NCBI GenBank assembly: GCA_035063585.1
Contig: JAPSGB010000005.1
Coordinates: 128,001 to 192,000, forward strand
DNA: 64,000 nucleotides
Reading direction: 5' to 3'
DNA from: Polyangiaceae bacterium
Lineage (GTDB): Bacteria; Myxococcota_A; Polyangia; Polyangiales; Polyangiaceae
The position numbers and the translations under genes are program-made. The notes beneath the pieces were generated by a model that was given only the letters and a program-made list of their open reading frames with translations, made no database searches and was not told where the DNA came from. Below, one piece after another: positions 50,762 through 61,011 of this stretch (position 1 is its first letter; the number at the start of each line of letters is the position of its first letter).

Positions 50762-51946
50762 TCAGACGAGGCCGAGGTCCTTGCCCACGCGGGTGAACGC
50801 CTGGACCGCCTGGTCGATTTGGGCCGGCTCGTGCTCGGCGGAGAGCTGCACGCGGATGCGAGCTTGCCCCTTGGGGACCACCGGATAGGAAAACCCGATG
50901 ACGTAGATCCCGTGGTCGAGGAGCCGTGCGGCCATGTCTCGCGCGAGCTTCGCGTCCGAGATCATGACCGGCACGATGGGATGGATGCCAGGCTTGACGT
51001 CGAAGCCGGCGGCCGTCACCCCCTCGCGGAACCGCCGCGCGTTGGTCATCACGCGCTCGCGGAGCTCGCCGCTCTCCTCGAGCAGCTCGAACACCGCGAG
51101 GCTCGCGCCGGCGACCGCCGGGGCGAGGGTGTTCGAGAACAGATACGGGCGCGAGCGCTGACGCAAGAGCTCGATGATCTCCCGGCGCCCGGTGGTAAAT
51201 CCGCCGCTCGCGCCGCCGAGCGCCTTGCCGAGCGTGCTGGTGATGACGTCCACTCGCGAGAGGACCCCGAAGTGCTCCGGGGTGCCGCGGCCGGTCGGTC
51301 CGATGAAGCCGGTGGCGTGCGAGTCATCGACCATGACCATCGCCTGGTAACGCTCCGCCAGCTCGCAGATCTGGTCGAGTTTCGCGAGGTAACCGTCCAT
51401 GCTGAAGACGCCGTCGGTGGCGATGAGCCGCAGGCGCCGCCCCGCGGTCGCCTCGAGCGCGCGCTCGAGCCCCGCCATGTCGCCGTTGTCGTAGCGGTGC
51501 CGCTCCGCCTTCGAGAGGCGAATGCCGTCGATGATGGACGCGTGGTTCAAGGCGTCGCTGATGATCGCGTCGTCGGGGCCGAGGAGCGTCTCGAAGAGGC
51601 CGCCGTTGGCGTCGAAGCACGATGAGTACAAGATCGCGTCCTCGGTGCCGAAGAACTTGGCGATTCGCGCCTCGAGCCGCTTGTGGAGATCCTGCGTCCC
51701 GCAGATGAACCGCACGCTGCTGAGCCCGAAGCCGTGGGTGTCGAGGGCGTGCTTGGCCGCCGCGATGACCTTCGGGTGACTCGAGAGGCCGAGATAGTTG
51801 TTGGCGCAGAAGTTCAGGACGCGCTTGCCGTCCGACTCGATGCTCGCCGCCTGCGGCGTGGTGATGATGCGCTCTCGCTTCTCGAGGCCGGCCTCACGAA
51901 GCTCCTCGAGCTCGGCTGCGTAGATGGCTCTCGCGTTCTCGAACAT
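50762..51946 (-). CDS. kbl: 2-amino-3-ketobutyrate CoA ligase (glycine C-acetyltransferase)
   Basis: [50 protein letters not shown]. Confidence 0.96.
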   Translation of the reverse strand: MFENARAIYAAELEELREAGLEKRERIITTPQAASIESDGKRVLNFCANNYLGLSSHPKVIAAAKHALDTHGFGLSSVRFICGTQDLHKRLEARIAKFFGTEDAILYSSCFDANGGLFETLLGPDDAIISDALNHASIIDGIRLSKAERHRYDNGDMAGLERALEATAGRRLRLIATDGVFSMDGYLAKLDQICELAERYQAMVMVDDSHATGFIGPTGRGTPEHFGVLSRVDVITSTLGKALGGASGGFTTGRREIIELLRQRSRPYLFSNTLAPAVAGASLAVFELLEESGELRERVMTNARRFREGVTAAGFDVKPGIHPIVPVMISDAKLARDMAARLLDHGIYVIGFSYPVVPKGQARIRVQLSAEHEPAQIDQAVQAFTRVGKDLGLV

Positions 51947-51949
51947 GGC

Positions 51950-53143
51950 TCACCTCGGAAACCGGAACACGACCTTCGGGAAGGTCTGGATCCGTTCTTG
52001 GAAGGCGTCGGGCGTGTACGACTCGAAGTCCACCACCGGGCCGTCTCCGCGGTTCAGCATGACCTCCCAGATGAGGTCGTGGATGTTCGGGTCCCGCGAC
52101 TCGAGGAGGTGGCGGGTGATGTGCCACGTCTCCCAGACGCGGCGCCCGATGACGCTGTGCATGGCGATCCCGTCGACGATGACCCGGTCGAAGCTCTCGA
52201 TGATGGCGTCGCCGCTCTTCAGGCCGAACAGGATGACGTCCCCGCCGCGCCGGACGATGTGGATGGCGTTGTTGACCGATGAGTTCATGCCGCTCATCTC
52301 GAGCACCACGTCGACCCCGACGCCATCGGTGAGCTTGCGGACCTCGGCGGCGAGTGCGGGATCGTGCGCGTAGTCCTCCGCGGCGCGCGCGGCCGGGGTC
52401 AGCACCACGTCGGCGCCCAGCCGGCGCGCCATCGCCGCGTTGTTCTGGTTCGGCTCGATGCCGATGATGACCGTCGCGCCGAGCGCTCGCGCGACCGCCA
52501 CCGCGAAGAGCCCGATGGTTCCGCAGCCGACGATCGCGATGCGCTTGCCTCGCAGGTTCACCTTGGTGCATGCGTGCACCGCGTTGCCGAAGGGCTCCTG
52601 GACCGCGGCCACCTCAGGACGGATCTTCTTGGTGTCGGTGCGCCAAATGACCTTCGCGGGGAGCTTCACGTAGTCGGCGAACGCACCGTCCGTGCTGATG
52701 CCGATGATGTACTCGTCGGCGCAGACGTGGGCGTCCCCCACGCGGCACTGGTAGCAAGCCCCGCAGAAGATGTGACTCTCGGCGGTGACCATGTCACCCA
52801 CCGCGAGGCCATAGGTGCGCTCTGCGTCGCTCCCGACGGCGATGACCTCGCCGAACACCTCGTGACCGATGACGCGCCGATCGCGGGCCTGACCGGCCTG
52901 CTTCGCCTCCTGGTCGAGGGAGTCGAAGATCATGTCCTTGAAGGCGCGCCGGAACCAAATCCCGCGGTCCGAGCCGCAGAAGCCCGCGTAGTGCGGGCGG
53001 ATCAGCACCCGCGAGCGGTCGTTGTGGTCCTCTCGCTCGTCGAGGGTGACGGCGGGGAGCCTTTCCATGCGGAGCCCGCGGCTCGAGTCCCACGGATCAC
53101 GTGCGCGATCGTAAACCAGCGCCTGCATCGAAGCTTCGGTCAT
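51950..53143 (-). CDS. tdh: L-threonine 3-dehydrogenase (Zn-dependent MDR family)
   Basis: FCGSD, GHE, ESHIFCGACYQC…HVC, QEPFGNAVH, GCGTIG, LEMSG; directly upstream of kbl. Confidence 0.85.
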   Translation of the reverse strand: MTEASMQALVYDRARDPWDSSRGLRMERLPAVTLDEREDHNDRSRVLIRPHYAGFCGSDRGIWFRRAFKDMIFDSLDQEAKQAGQARDRRVIGHEVFGEVIAVGSDAERTYGLAVGDMVTAESHIFCGACYQCRVGDAHVCADEYIIGISTDGAFADYVKLPAKVIWRTDTKKIRPEVAAVQEPFGNAVHACTKVNLRGKRIAIVGCGTIGLFAVAVARALGATVIIGIEPNQNNAAMARRLGADVVLTPAARAAEDYAHDPALAAEVRKLTDGVGVDVVLEMSGMNSSVNNAIHIVRRGGDVILFGLKSGDAIIESFDRVIVDGIAMHSVIGRRVWETWHITRHLLESRDPNIHDLIWEVMLNRGDGPVVDFESYTPDAFQERIQTFPKVVFRFPR

Positions 53144-53217
53144 GGCCGACTCTTACGACGCGGCGCTGGCGCGGTCGAGCGCCGCGAGTGACGCGGCGCA
53201 GCAGCAAAATCGACGCC

Positions 53218-53928
53218 TTACTTGGGGGCGCCGGGCAGCTTGATGCGAGGGGGCAACTTGATGATGGGTTTCGCCGCGCTCGCGGCGCCGCTCGCCGCAG
53301 CCGCCGCGGAGTTGGCAGCCGCCGCGGCGCTCGCCGCAGCCGCCGCGGCGCTCGCCGCAGCCGCCGCGGCGCTCGCCGCTGCGCTGTCGGCGGCTGCGGG
53401 GGCCGCGCTGGCGCTGGGCTGTGCCGCCGCCGCCGCGCTCGCCGCCGCCGCGGCGCTCGCCGCCGCCGCTGCAGCGCTGGTCGCCGCTGCGGCGCTCGCT
53501 GCCTCGGCCGCGCTCGCCGTGTGAGTGTAGTTCGGGTTCCTCTGGATCCAGCCCAGGGACAGCTCCCCGACGCCGGATGGATAATCCACCAGGTACCAGT
53601 CGCTGTAGCTTGCCTTGAGGTTGACCCAGGTCCCCTTGGCCAAGGTCGTGAGCCGCTTCGAGGAGGTGTCGGCCGCTTGGTAGACGCTCAGGTTGGGGAT
53701 GGCGACCACCTTCGTGCCGCTCTGCTTCACTTCCTTGCCCTCGTAGCGCGTGACCGCGTCGTCCGGTTCAGCGGGCGGAGCGGCGCTCACGGGAGGCGCC
53801 GGCTCGGGAGCGGCGATGCTCGCGGACGGTGCCGGCGCTTCTTCCTTCTTCTTGCACGCGACCAGCGCGAGCACCACCGCGCCCGCACTCCCTACCGCCA
53901 ACCACCTATCGAGCTTCCGTCCCATCAT
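53218..53928 (-). CDS. Lipoprotein with an SH3b-like domain and long Ala/Ser-rich tail
   Basis: AAGGAGG RBS, lipobox LVAC, LSVYQAADTSSKRLTTL…WYLVDY…GWI, then (SAAAAAA)n. Confidence 0.8.
   Translation of the reverse strand: MMGRKLDRWLAVGSAGAVVLALVACKKKEEAPAPSASIAAPEPAPPVSAAPPAEPDDAVTRYEGKEVKQSGTKVVAIPNLSVYQAADTSSKRLTTLAKGTWVNLKASYSDWYLVDYPSGVGELSLGWIQRNPNYTHTASAAEAASAAAATSAAAAAASAAAAASAAAAAQPSASAAPAAADSAAASAAAAAASAAAAAASAAAAANSAAAAASGAASAAKPIIKLPPRIKLPGAPK
53321..53383. repeat. 21-bp tandem repeats encoding Ser-Ala6 heptads
   Basis: GCCGCGGCGCTCGCCGCAGCC twice exactly, plus degenerate copies across about 53280-53520. Confidence 0.8.
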
Positions 53929-54095
53929 GTACCTCCTTTGACTCACTCAAGCGTCCGTTACCCTACACCAGGAGCCTGCCCCTCGGACAGAGCGGACCTC
54001 CGCGTCGACTCCGCGGGGAGGGGAGGGGGCGCGGCGGCGAGGGACGGCCGGCTCGGCCCCGTTCGTTCCGTCTGGGAATTTGCCCTGATCTCTCC

Positions 54096-55406
54096 TCAGC
54101 CCTTGGGCGGAGGGGGCGTCGTGACGGCCGGGCGCTTGGCCAAGCACGACTGGATCCCTTTCACGATGTCCGCCGGGGCTCCCTTCGGCAGGACTGGGCG
54201 CCCGAGCACCTCGTGGAGCAGGCGGTCCCAGGTGATCTTCCCGTCGGGCCCGAAGCTCAGCCACACGAACATCGCGCGCCCCTTGATGTTCGCGAACGGC
54301 GCGCCGCCACCGCGGTAGTTGTTCCACGCGCGCGAGTCACTGCTGTTGTTGCGGTTGTCGCCGAACACCCACATCTCGCCGGGGGCGACGTGATATGGGC
54401 CTTGGTGACCGTCGTAGCGATCATTCTCGTACACCGTCAGATACGAGTAGTCGCCCAGGAACTCCATGACGAGCTGCCCGGTCTTCGAGCCGGCGCCGTC
54501 TCCCTCGTAGAAGTCGTACTGACCGACGTCGCAGCTCGGCACCTTCCACCCGTTGATGATGGGGTGACCACCGTCGGCCTCGAGGGTGTCGCCGGGCAGC
54601 CCGATGACGCGCTTGATGAAATCCTGGCGCGGGTTCTCGGGGTTCGGATCGGGGTATTCGAACACCAGCACGTCGCCCCGCTTTGGAGGCAGGCGCGCGA
54701 ACAGGCGGGTGTGCGTGAAAGGGATCTCGGGACCGTAGACGAACTTGTTGACGAAGATGTGATCCTGGATCTGGAGCGTCGGCAGCATCGAGCCGCTCGG
54801 GATCTTGAACGCTTCCACCACGAACGCGCGGAGCAGCAGGGCCACCGCGACCGCGATGCCGATCGACTCGACGTACTCGCGGAGCTCGCTCTTATGCCAG
54901 CGCCCGAGGTGGCGCGCCACCAGGCGGCTCGCGCGCTCGAGCGCGGCGCCAAACTCGTCGTCGTCGAAGCGCTCGCTCTCCATGCTCGACCGCAGGAACT
55001 CGAGCGATTCCTCGAGCTCCTCGCGCGCGCTCGCGGGCACCTGACGCTCGACCGCGCGGCTCTTCCGGGTGAGGATGCGCTCCGCCTCCTCGAGCAGAGC
55101 CGCGGCGCGCTCGTACTCTCGCCGGAGGTCCGGTGGCAGGTCGCTGCGGCCCACCACGCCGGCCGCGGCTGCGAAGGGCAGCGCGTGGCGAAAGTGGTAG
55201 AGCAGCATCTCGAAGATCGTAAAGAGCACGATCCCGGCGGGCGCGGGCTGGTCCTGCACCAGCCAGCGGAGCTGTCCGACGATGCCGCTCGGCTCGGTGG
55301 CATCGGCCGGTTTCAGAAGCCAGACCGCCAGCGCGGCCAGGGCGAGCGGCGCCGCCACGAACCACACCGCCCAGAAGGCATACCTGAGGAGCTTGCTTCT
55401 CTGCAC
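54096..55406 (-). CDS. lepB: Signal peptidase I with N-terminal extension
   Basis: AFKIPSGSMLPTL (Ser), DFIKRVIGLPGD (Lys), GDNRNNSSDSR. Confidence 0.95.
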   Translation of the reverse strand: MQRSKLLRYAFWAVWFVAAPLALAALAVWLLKPADATEPSGIVGQLRWLVQDQPAPAGIVLFTIFEMLLYHFRHALPFAAAAGVVGRSDLPPDLRREYERAAALLEEAERILTRKSRAVERQVPASAREELEESLEFLRSSMESERFDDDEFGAALERASRLVARHLGRWHKSELREYVESIGIAVAVALLLRAFVVEAFKIPSGSMLPTLQIQDHIFVNKFVYGPEIPFTHTRLFARLPPKRGDVLVFEYPDPNPENPRQDFIKRVIGLPGDTLEADGGHPIINGWKVPSCDVGQYDFYEGDGAGSKTGQLVMEFLGDYSYLTVYENDRYDGHQGPYHVAPGEMWVFGDNRNNSSDSRAWNNYRGGGAPFANIKGRAMFVWLSFGPDGKITWDRLLHEVLGRPVLPKGAPADIVKGIQSCLAKRPAVTTPPPPKG

Positions 55407-55497
55407 TATTCCGGCCTCGCCGGCTCGGGCGGCGGCTCGTCATACCTGGGCGGGGGTGGACGGGCAACCGACGTGAGCGTCCAATATTCCGCGAGGG

Positions 55498-56583
55498 TCA
55501 CGGGGCGTCGCCAACCTCTACCAGATAGTCCACCTTGGCGGCGCGATCATCGCCCGGCGCGGTCGTCGGGGCGATCGCGCCCGCCATCGCGCTGTTGTCG
55601 AGCACCAGGTAATAGGCGCCCTTCGGTACCCGAACGAACCGCTTCCAGAGCTGTCCGGCCGATGCCGGCTCGGCGATCAGCGCCGGGCCGGCGAGGGGCG
55701 CCGCTCCGGCGGTTTGCACGTATCGTGCGATCATCTGATCGCCCACCGCCTTCGGCACCACGAAGGCGTCGACGGCTGGCGCGCCGTCGACCGAGACGGT
55801 GAGGTAGAGGGCCTGGTCGTCGTCCTCGACCTCGAAGCCTCCTACGAAGTCCTGCTGGCCCGCGTGGATCTCGGTGCGGTCGTTGGCGAGGACCAGCTTG
55901 TTCGCGTGCTCGATCTGGAACGGCCGGTACGGGCGCTCTCCCTTCGGGAGGATCCCGAGGCTGAAATCGGTCTGTCCTCCCGAGTCGTAGCGCACGACGG
56001 TGAAGCCACGCTCGAGCTCACTCTTCATGACTTGCCTGCCAAAGGTGTCCGGGTTCGCCCCGACGGCTGCGATGCCGCCGCGCGCGACCGCCGACTCCAT
56101 CATGAGCGTCTGGAAGGTCGTGTCGTCGATCTTCTTCGAGCGGAAGTAGACGTACAGGGCGCCGTCATTCATCTGGAAATCGGGAGCGAACTCCACCAGG
56201 CCCGCCGCCGAGAAGCCGACGCGGCCGGTCACGTTCGACCACGCAAAACCCTTGCCGGCGTACTGGACGACGAAGGACTTGTGCGTCTCGGTGTCGATGA
56301 CCTGGGAGTTGCAACTGTCGGCGAAGAAGCGCCCGATGACCGGCTGATCGTCATCGAGCTTGAGCGGAGCGCCGAGCTTCAGCATCTCGTGACAGAACTG
56401 ATCGAGCCCGAACTTCAACATGTCGAACCGGAGGGTGCGGTTCTTCGGGTTGTTGATGACTCCGGCGCCGACCAGGCCGAGCGCGCTCGAGCCGAGCGAC
56501 TCCTTGGACGGACAGCCCGCGAGCGCGAGCCCGAGGAGCGCGACCGACGGCAGGGCCAGGAGAGCGGAGCGGTGGGCGAGCAT
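55498..56583 (-). CDS. Hypothetical lipoprotein
   Basis: Start ATG 56583, lipobox LAGC, globular beta-rich sequence. Confidence 0.8.
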   Translation of the reverse strand: MLAHRSALLALPSVALLGLALAGCPSKESLGSSALGLVGAGVINNPKNRTLRFDMLKFGLDQFCHEMLKLGAPLKLDDDQPVIGRFFADSCNSQVIDTETHKSFVVQYAGKGFAWSNVTGRVGFSAAGLVEFAPDFQMNDGALYVYFRSKKIDDTTFQTLMMESAVARGGIAAVGANPDTFGRQVMKSELERGFTVVRYDSGGQTDFSLGILPKGERPYRPFQIEHANKLVLANDRTEIHAGQQDFVGGFEVEDDDQALYLTVSVDGAPAVDAFVVPKAVGDQMIARYVQTAGAAPLAGPALIAEPASAGQLWKRFVRVPKGAYYLVLDNSAMAGAIAPTTAPGDDRAAKVDYLVEVGDAP

Positions 56584-56748
56584 CTTCGCGGAGCCTAGAT
56601 GACCGTGTGCGGTCCCGCCACACCTCTCGAACGTGCCGGCGTCCGAGGCGGCAAAGCCTTCCCTTCGGGACGAGCGGCTCGAAACGCGCAAGACGCCCGC
56701 CCTGGGAGTTGACGCAGAGCGCGTGAGCTTCGATTCTCCCGCACCGGC

Positions 56749-57753
56749 ATGAGTCATATCGCGGTGATTGGCGCGGGCGCCTGGGGTACGGCGCTCGCCA
56801 AGCTGTGCGGTGAGCAAGGGCACCCGGTCAGCCTCTGGAGCTGGCAGGCGGAACACGCTCGAGCGATCGAGCAGTCGCGAGAGAACGTGGAGTTCCTGCC
56901 CGGCTTTCGGCTCCCGGACTCGGTACGCGCGGTGAGCGAGCTCGGCGCTGCGCTCGCCGACGCCGAGCTCGTGATCCTGGTCGTCCCGTCGCACGCGTTT
57001 CGTCAGACGCTCACCTCGGCGCGCGAGGTCCTTCCGCGCTCGGCGGCGCTGGTCACCGCGACCAAGGGCATCGAGAACGACTCGCTGATGCTGATGAGCG
57101 AGATCACGAGTGACGTGCTGGGCCCCGGCGCGGCGGCGCGCCACGCCGTGCTCTCCGGGCCGAGCTTCGCGAAGGAGGTCGCGCTCGGCCTGCCCACCAA
57201 CGTGGTGGTGGCCGCGCGGGACCACGGGCTGGCTCAGCAGATCCAGCGCCTCGTCTCGACGGAGCGGTTTCGCGTGTACTCGAGCGATGACCCGATCGGC
57301 GTCGAGGTGGGGGGCGCCCTGAAGAACGTCATCGCCATCGCGGCGGGCGCGTGCGACGGCCTCGGCTTCGGGTACAACACCCGCGCGGCGCTCATCACGC
57401 GCGGTCTCGCCGAGCTCACCCGCCTCGCGGTCGCCAAGGGCGGTAGCCCGCTCACCCTCTCGGGGCTCTCCGGCATGGGAGATCTGGTCTTGACCTGCAC
57501 GGGTGAGCTGTCACGAAATCGCACCGTCGGCTTCGAGATGGGCAAGGGCCGCGCGCTCGACGACGTGCTCGGGGGTCTCGGTCACGTCGCCGAGGGGGTG
57601 CTGACCGCTCGGAGCGCGTATCATCTCGCGCGGCGACTCGAGGTCGAGCTGCCCATCTGCTTCGAGGTCTATCGGGTGCTCTACGAAGGCAAGGCGCCGA
57701 AGGACGCGGTGAGCGACGTGCTGGCGCGGCCGCTGAAGAGGGAGTTTGACTGA
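56749..57753 (+). CDS. gpsA: NAD(P)H-dependent glycerol-3-phosphate dehydrogenase
   Basis: [42 protein letters not shown]. Confidence 0.97.
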   Translation: MSHIAVIGAGAWGTALAKLCGEQGHPVSLWSWQAEHARAIEQSRENVEFLPGFRLPDSVRAVSELGAALADAELVILVVPSHAFRQTLTSAREVLPRSAALVTATKGIENDSLMLMSEITSDVLGPGAAARHAVLSGPSFAKEVALGLPTNVVVAARDHGLAQQIQRLVSTERFRVYSSDDPIGVEVGGALKNVIAIAAGACDGLGFGYNTRAALITRGLAELTRLAVAKGGSPLTLSGLSGMGDLVLTCTGELSRNRTVGFEMGKGRALDDVLGGLGHVAEGVLTARSAYHLARRLEVELPICFEVYRVLYEGKAPKDAVSDVLARPLKREFD

Positions 57754-57853
57754 GCGGCGCGGCCGGCGGCCGGGGCGCGTGCGCGAGCGTCCACTCGAGG
57801 CTCGTCGAACCACGGGCTCTCTCGACGCCTCGCTCGGTCCGGATGGGTCCACC

Positions 57854-59041
57854 ATGAGCCCTCTTCGCGAACCTCGCCGCCGCCTCCCGCGCGCCGCGCT
57901 GGCCGGAGTCGCCGTCGCGCTCGCGAGCGGCGTCGCGACGGCGCAACAGCCCGGCTACGGACAGCCCGGCTACGGACAGCCCGGCTACGGACAGCCCGGC
58001 TACGGACAGCCCGGCTACGGACAGCCCGGCTACGGACAGCCCGGCTACGGACAGCCCGGCTACGGACAGCCCGGCTACGCGCCGCCGGCCACGCCGGGCT
58101 ATCCACCCTACTCGCCTGGCTACGGGTACGCGCAGCCCTATCCGTCGCAGCAGCGCTCGAGAGCGCGCTCGGATGGCGAGATCGGCGCGCTCTACGCGGT
58201 GTCGGCGGCCTACGGCGGCGGGATGGGGGCGTGGTTCTCGTCGGAGGTGGGGCTCGACGATCCGGGGCTCTTCCTCATCGCGCCGGCGCTACTCGGCGTC
58301 GCCGCGCCGGTGGGAGTGTACTTCCTCGACGAGCCGGCGCTGCCGCGGGGGATGCCCGCTGCGATCGCGGCGGGCATGGTGATCGGAGCGGGCGAGGGCG
58401 TCGGGATCGCCAGCTATCAGTACGTGACCGCCAGCGAGGATGACGCGTGGGGTTTCCGCGGGCTCAGCCGCGCGACCGCGCTCGGTGCCACGTTGGGCGG
58501 AGCGGCCGGCTTCGCGTCGGGGTACTATCTCGAGCCGTCGCCGCGGAGCAGCGTGTTCGCGACGAGCGCGGTCGCGTGGGGTGCCGCGATAGGCTCGATG
58601 TACGGTTACGGCGCTTCGAGCGCCGGCATCGGCTACGGGCTCGCCAACGACAGCGCGTCGCTCGGCGGTCTCGTCGGATATAACCTCGGCCTCGCCGCCG
58701 CCGCGGGCCTGTCCACGGTGTGGGTGCCGAGCTGGGACGGGCTCGCGTGGATGTGGGGAGGCGCGGGCATCGGCGCCGCGGTGTCGCTCCCGGTCTTCCT
58801 GTTCTACGCCGGTGAAGACGCGCCGCCGGCCAAGCGCGGGCTCATCTTCATGGGGACCACCACCGCGCTCGGCCTCGCGGCGGGCGCGGTGTTCGCCCCC
58901 GGGTCGGCGGCGGACGGCGCGCTCGGCAGGCGCGACGAGGACGGCGCGCCGAGCGCGCGCCGGCTGGCTGTCGTGACGAGCGTGATGCCGATGGCGCTGC
59001 CCGGCGGCGCCGGGCTCTCGGTCGGCGGGGTGCTCTTCTGA
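57854..59041 (+). CDS. Exported/membrane protein with QPGYG repeats and a Gly-rich hydrophobic domain
   Basis: Signal peptide, (QPGYG)8-QPGYA, multiple GxxxG-rich hydrophobic segments, C-terminal Phe. Confidence 0.8.
   Translation: MSPLREPRRRLPRAALAGVAVALASGVATAQQPGYGQPGYGQPGYGQPGYGQPGYGQPGYGQPGYGQPGYGQPGYAPPATPGYPPYSPGYGYAQPYPSQQRSRARSDGEIGALYAVSAAYGGGMGAWFSSEVGLDDPGLFLIAPALLGVAAPVGVYFLDEPALPRGMPAAIAAGMVIGAGEGVGIASYQYVTASEDDAWGFRGLSRATALGATLGGAAGFASGYYLEPSPRSSVFATSAVAWGAAIGSMYGYGASSAGIGYGLANDSASLGGLVGYNLGLAAAAGLSTVWVPSWDGLAWMWGGAGIGAAVSLPVFLFYAGEDAPPAKRGLIFMGTTTALGLAAGAVFAPGSAADGALGRRDEDGAPSARRLAVVTSVMPMALPGGAGLSVGGVLF
57947..58081 (+). repeat. Perfect 15-bp coding tandem repeat (CAGCCCGGCTACGGA x8 plus a partial 9th)
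   Basis: Counted directly; no synonymous variation between units. Confidence 0.97.
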
Positions 59042-59128
59042 GGCTCGGGGGAGCCCTCGCGAGAGCCTCCCTCCTTGCCGGAAGCTCGCCGATTCCGCAG
59101 GGTTCCTTTCTGCTAGGCTGAGGCCCGC

Positions 59129-60973
59129 ATGGCGACGATCCGCTATTTTCCGTCGGACGGCGCGCCGGTGCTCATCGGCCTCCACAAGCCGATGACGACC
59201 ATCGGGCGCGGCAGCGGAAATGACATCTGCCTCCCCGATCCGAGCGTCGCCCAGCACCACGCCCAGATCGTGTTCAACGGGCGCGATTTCCAGCTCGAGG
59301 AGGTCGATCGCGACGCCGATATCCGCGTCAACGGAAAGAAGAAGCGCCGCACTCGGCTGGCGAGCGGGGATCGGCTGACGCTCGGCAACGCTCAGCTCGG
59401 CTTCAGCTTGTTCACGGAGCTGCCGGCCGCCCCCGCGTCGACCGACGGCGCGGATCCCGCGCTCTCGGACATCGCAGGCCTCCGGCGCCTGCATGCGTTC
59501 AGCGAGCGGCTGATGACGTCGAGCTCCGTCGACGGGCTCTTGGAGACGCTCCTCGACGACATCATCGAGCTTACCGGAGCGGCGCGCGGGGTAGTCCTGA
59601 TGCTCGAGCCGGGCGGCGAGGAGCGGCAGCCGCGCGTGCGCGCCTCCCGCAACGTGCAGAAGGAGGCCATCGAGGACGCGGGCGGCGTCATCAGCGACAG
59701 CATCGTGCGCCAGGTCGTCCTCACCAAGCGCCCGGTGATCGTGAGCGACGCGCTCACCGACACCACCTTCGGCAAGAGCGAGAGCGTGATCGCGCTCAGG
59801 CTATCGAGCGTGATGTGCGCGCCGCTCTTCAGCCAAGGCGACGTGATCGGCGCGATCTACGTCGGCAACGACGAGGTCAAGCACCTCTTCCAACGACAGC
59901 AGCTGGACCTCCTCGTGATCTTCGCGGGCCAGGCGTCGCTCATCCTCCAGAACGCGATGCTCTTGAGCGCGCTCCGCGCGGACAAGGAGAAGCTGAGCGC
60001 CGAGCTCAGCGACAAGCGCTTCGGCGAGATCATCGGCGCCTGTCCCGGCATGATGGAGGTGTTCCGCAAGCTGCAGAAGGTCGCCGCGACCGACATCAAC
60101 GTGCTCATCACGGGCGAGACGGGCACCGGCAAGGAGCTCATCGCGCGCGAGCTCCACCGCCGCTCGAACCGTGTCTCTGGCCCGTTCATCACCGTCAACT
60201 GCGGGGCCATCCCCGAGAGCCTGATGGAGAGCGAGATGTTCGGGCACGTGAAGGGCGCCTTCACCGGCGCCATCGCCAGCCGCCCCGGAAAATTCCAGCA
60301 AGCCGACGGCGGGACGCTCTTCCTCGACGAGGTCGGTGAGCTCACCCCACAGCTCCAGGTGAAGCTGCTTCGCGCCATCCAGGAGCGGGTCGTCTACCGC
60401 GTAGGGGACAGCCGGCCGGAGAAGTGCGACATCCGAATCGTGGCGGCGACCAACCGCACGCTCGAGGACATGATCAAGACCGGCGAGTTCCGTGAGGATC
60501 TCTACTATCGGCTGAACGTGGTGAACCTCTGGCTCCCACCGCTGCGCGAGCGAGGCGATGACGTCTTCATCATCGCCAAGGCGCTCCTCAGCAAGTACGC
60601 GGACGAGCTCGGCAGCTCGGTGCGCGGGTTTTCGCCGCAGGCGCTCGCGGCGATCAAGAAGTATCCCTGGCCGGGCAATATCCGGCAGCTCGAGAACCGA
60701 ATCAAGAAGGCGCTCGTCCTCTGCGACGAGACGCTGCTCGGGATCGAAGATCTCGATCTCGGCCCGGAGGCGCAAGCGCCCATCGTGCCGCTCGAGAAGG
60801 CCAAGGAGGATTTCCAGCGCCGCTACGTGCTCGAGGTGCTCGAGCGCAACAACGGCAACCGGACGCAGACCGCGCGGGATCTCGGGGTCGACCCTCGAAC
60901 CATCTTCCGCTACCTCGAAAAGGAGCAGAACCCCATCCCGAGCGCAGCCGCGCCGCCCGACCGCGATCCCTGA
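59129..60973 (+). CDS. Sigma-54 enhancer-binding protein (FHA-GAF-AAA+-HTH)
   Basis: TIGRGSGNDI FHA, GAF, GETGTGKE, GAFTGA, LFLDEV, WPGNIRQLEN, Fis-type HTH. Confidence 0.95.
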   Translation: MATIRYFPSDGAPVLIGLHKPMTTIGRGSGNDICLPDPSVAQHHAQIVFNGRDFQLEEVDRDADIRVNGKKKRRTRLASGDRLTLGNAQLGFSLFTELPAAPASTDGADPALSDIAGLRRLHAFSERLMTSSSVDGLLETLLDDIIELTGAARGVVLMLEPGGEERQPRVRASRNVQKEAIEDAGGVISDSIVRQVVLTKRPVIVSDALTDTTFGKSESVIALRLSSVMCAPLFSQGDVIGAIYVGNDEVKHLFQRQQLDLLVIFAGQASLILQNAMLLSALRADKEKLSAELSDKRFGEIIGACPGMMEVFRKLQKVAATDINVLITGETGTGKELIARELHRRSNRVSGPFITVNCGAIPESLMESEMFGHVKGAFTGAIASRPGKFQQADGGTLFLDEVGELTPQLQVKLLRAIQERVVYRVGDSRPEKCDIRIVAATNRTLEDMIKTGEFREDLYYRLNVVNLWLPPLRERGDDVFIIAKALLSKYADELGSSVRGFSPQALAAIKKYPWPGNIRQLENRIKKALVLCDETLLGIEDLDLGPEAQAPIVPLEKAKEDFQRRYVLEVLERNNGNRTQTARDLGVDPRTIFRYLEKEQNPIPSAAAPPDRDP

Positions 60974-60995
60974 GCCCGGCGCGAACGCCGGGCTC
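60972..60995. terminator. Hairpin between convergent genes
   Basis: GAGCCCGGCG-cgaa-CGCCGGGCTC 10-bp stem (UUCG loop on the minus strand). No U-tract. Confidence 0.55.
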
Positions 60996-61011
60996 CGCGC
61001 CGGCCCCGGGC

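Noticed and set aside
57947..58081. CRISPR or non-coding repeat array
   Set aside because: Units are contiguous with no spacers and are in frame within a signal-peptide-bearing CDS.
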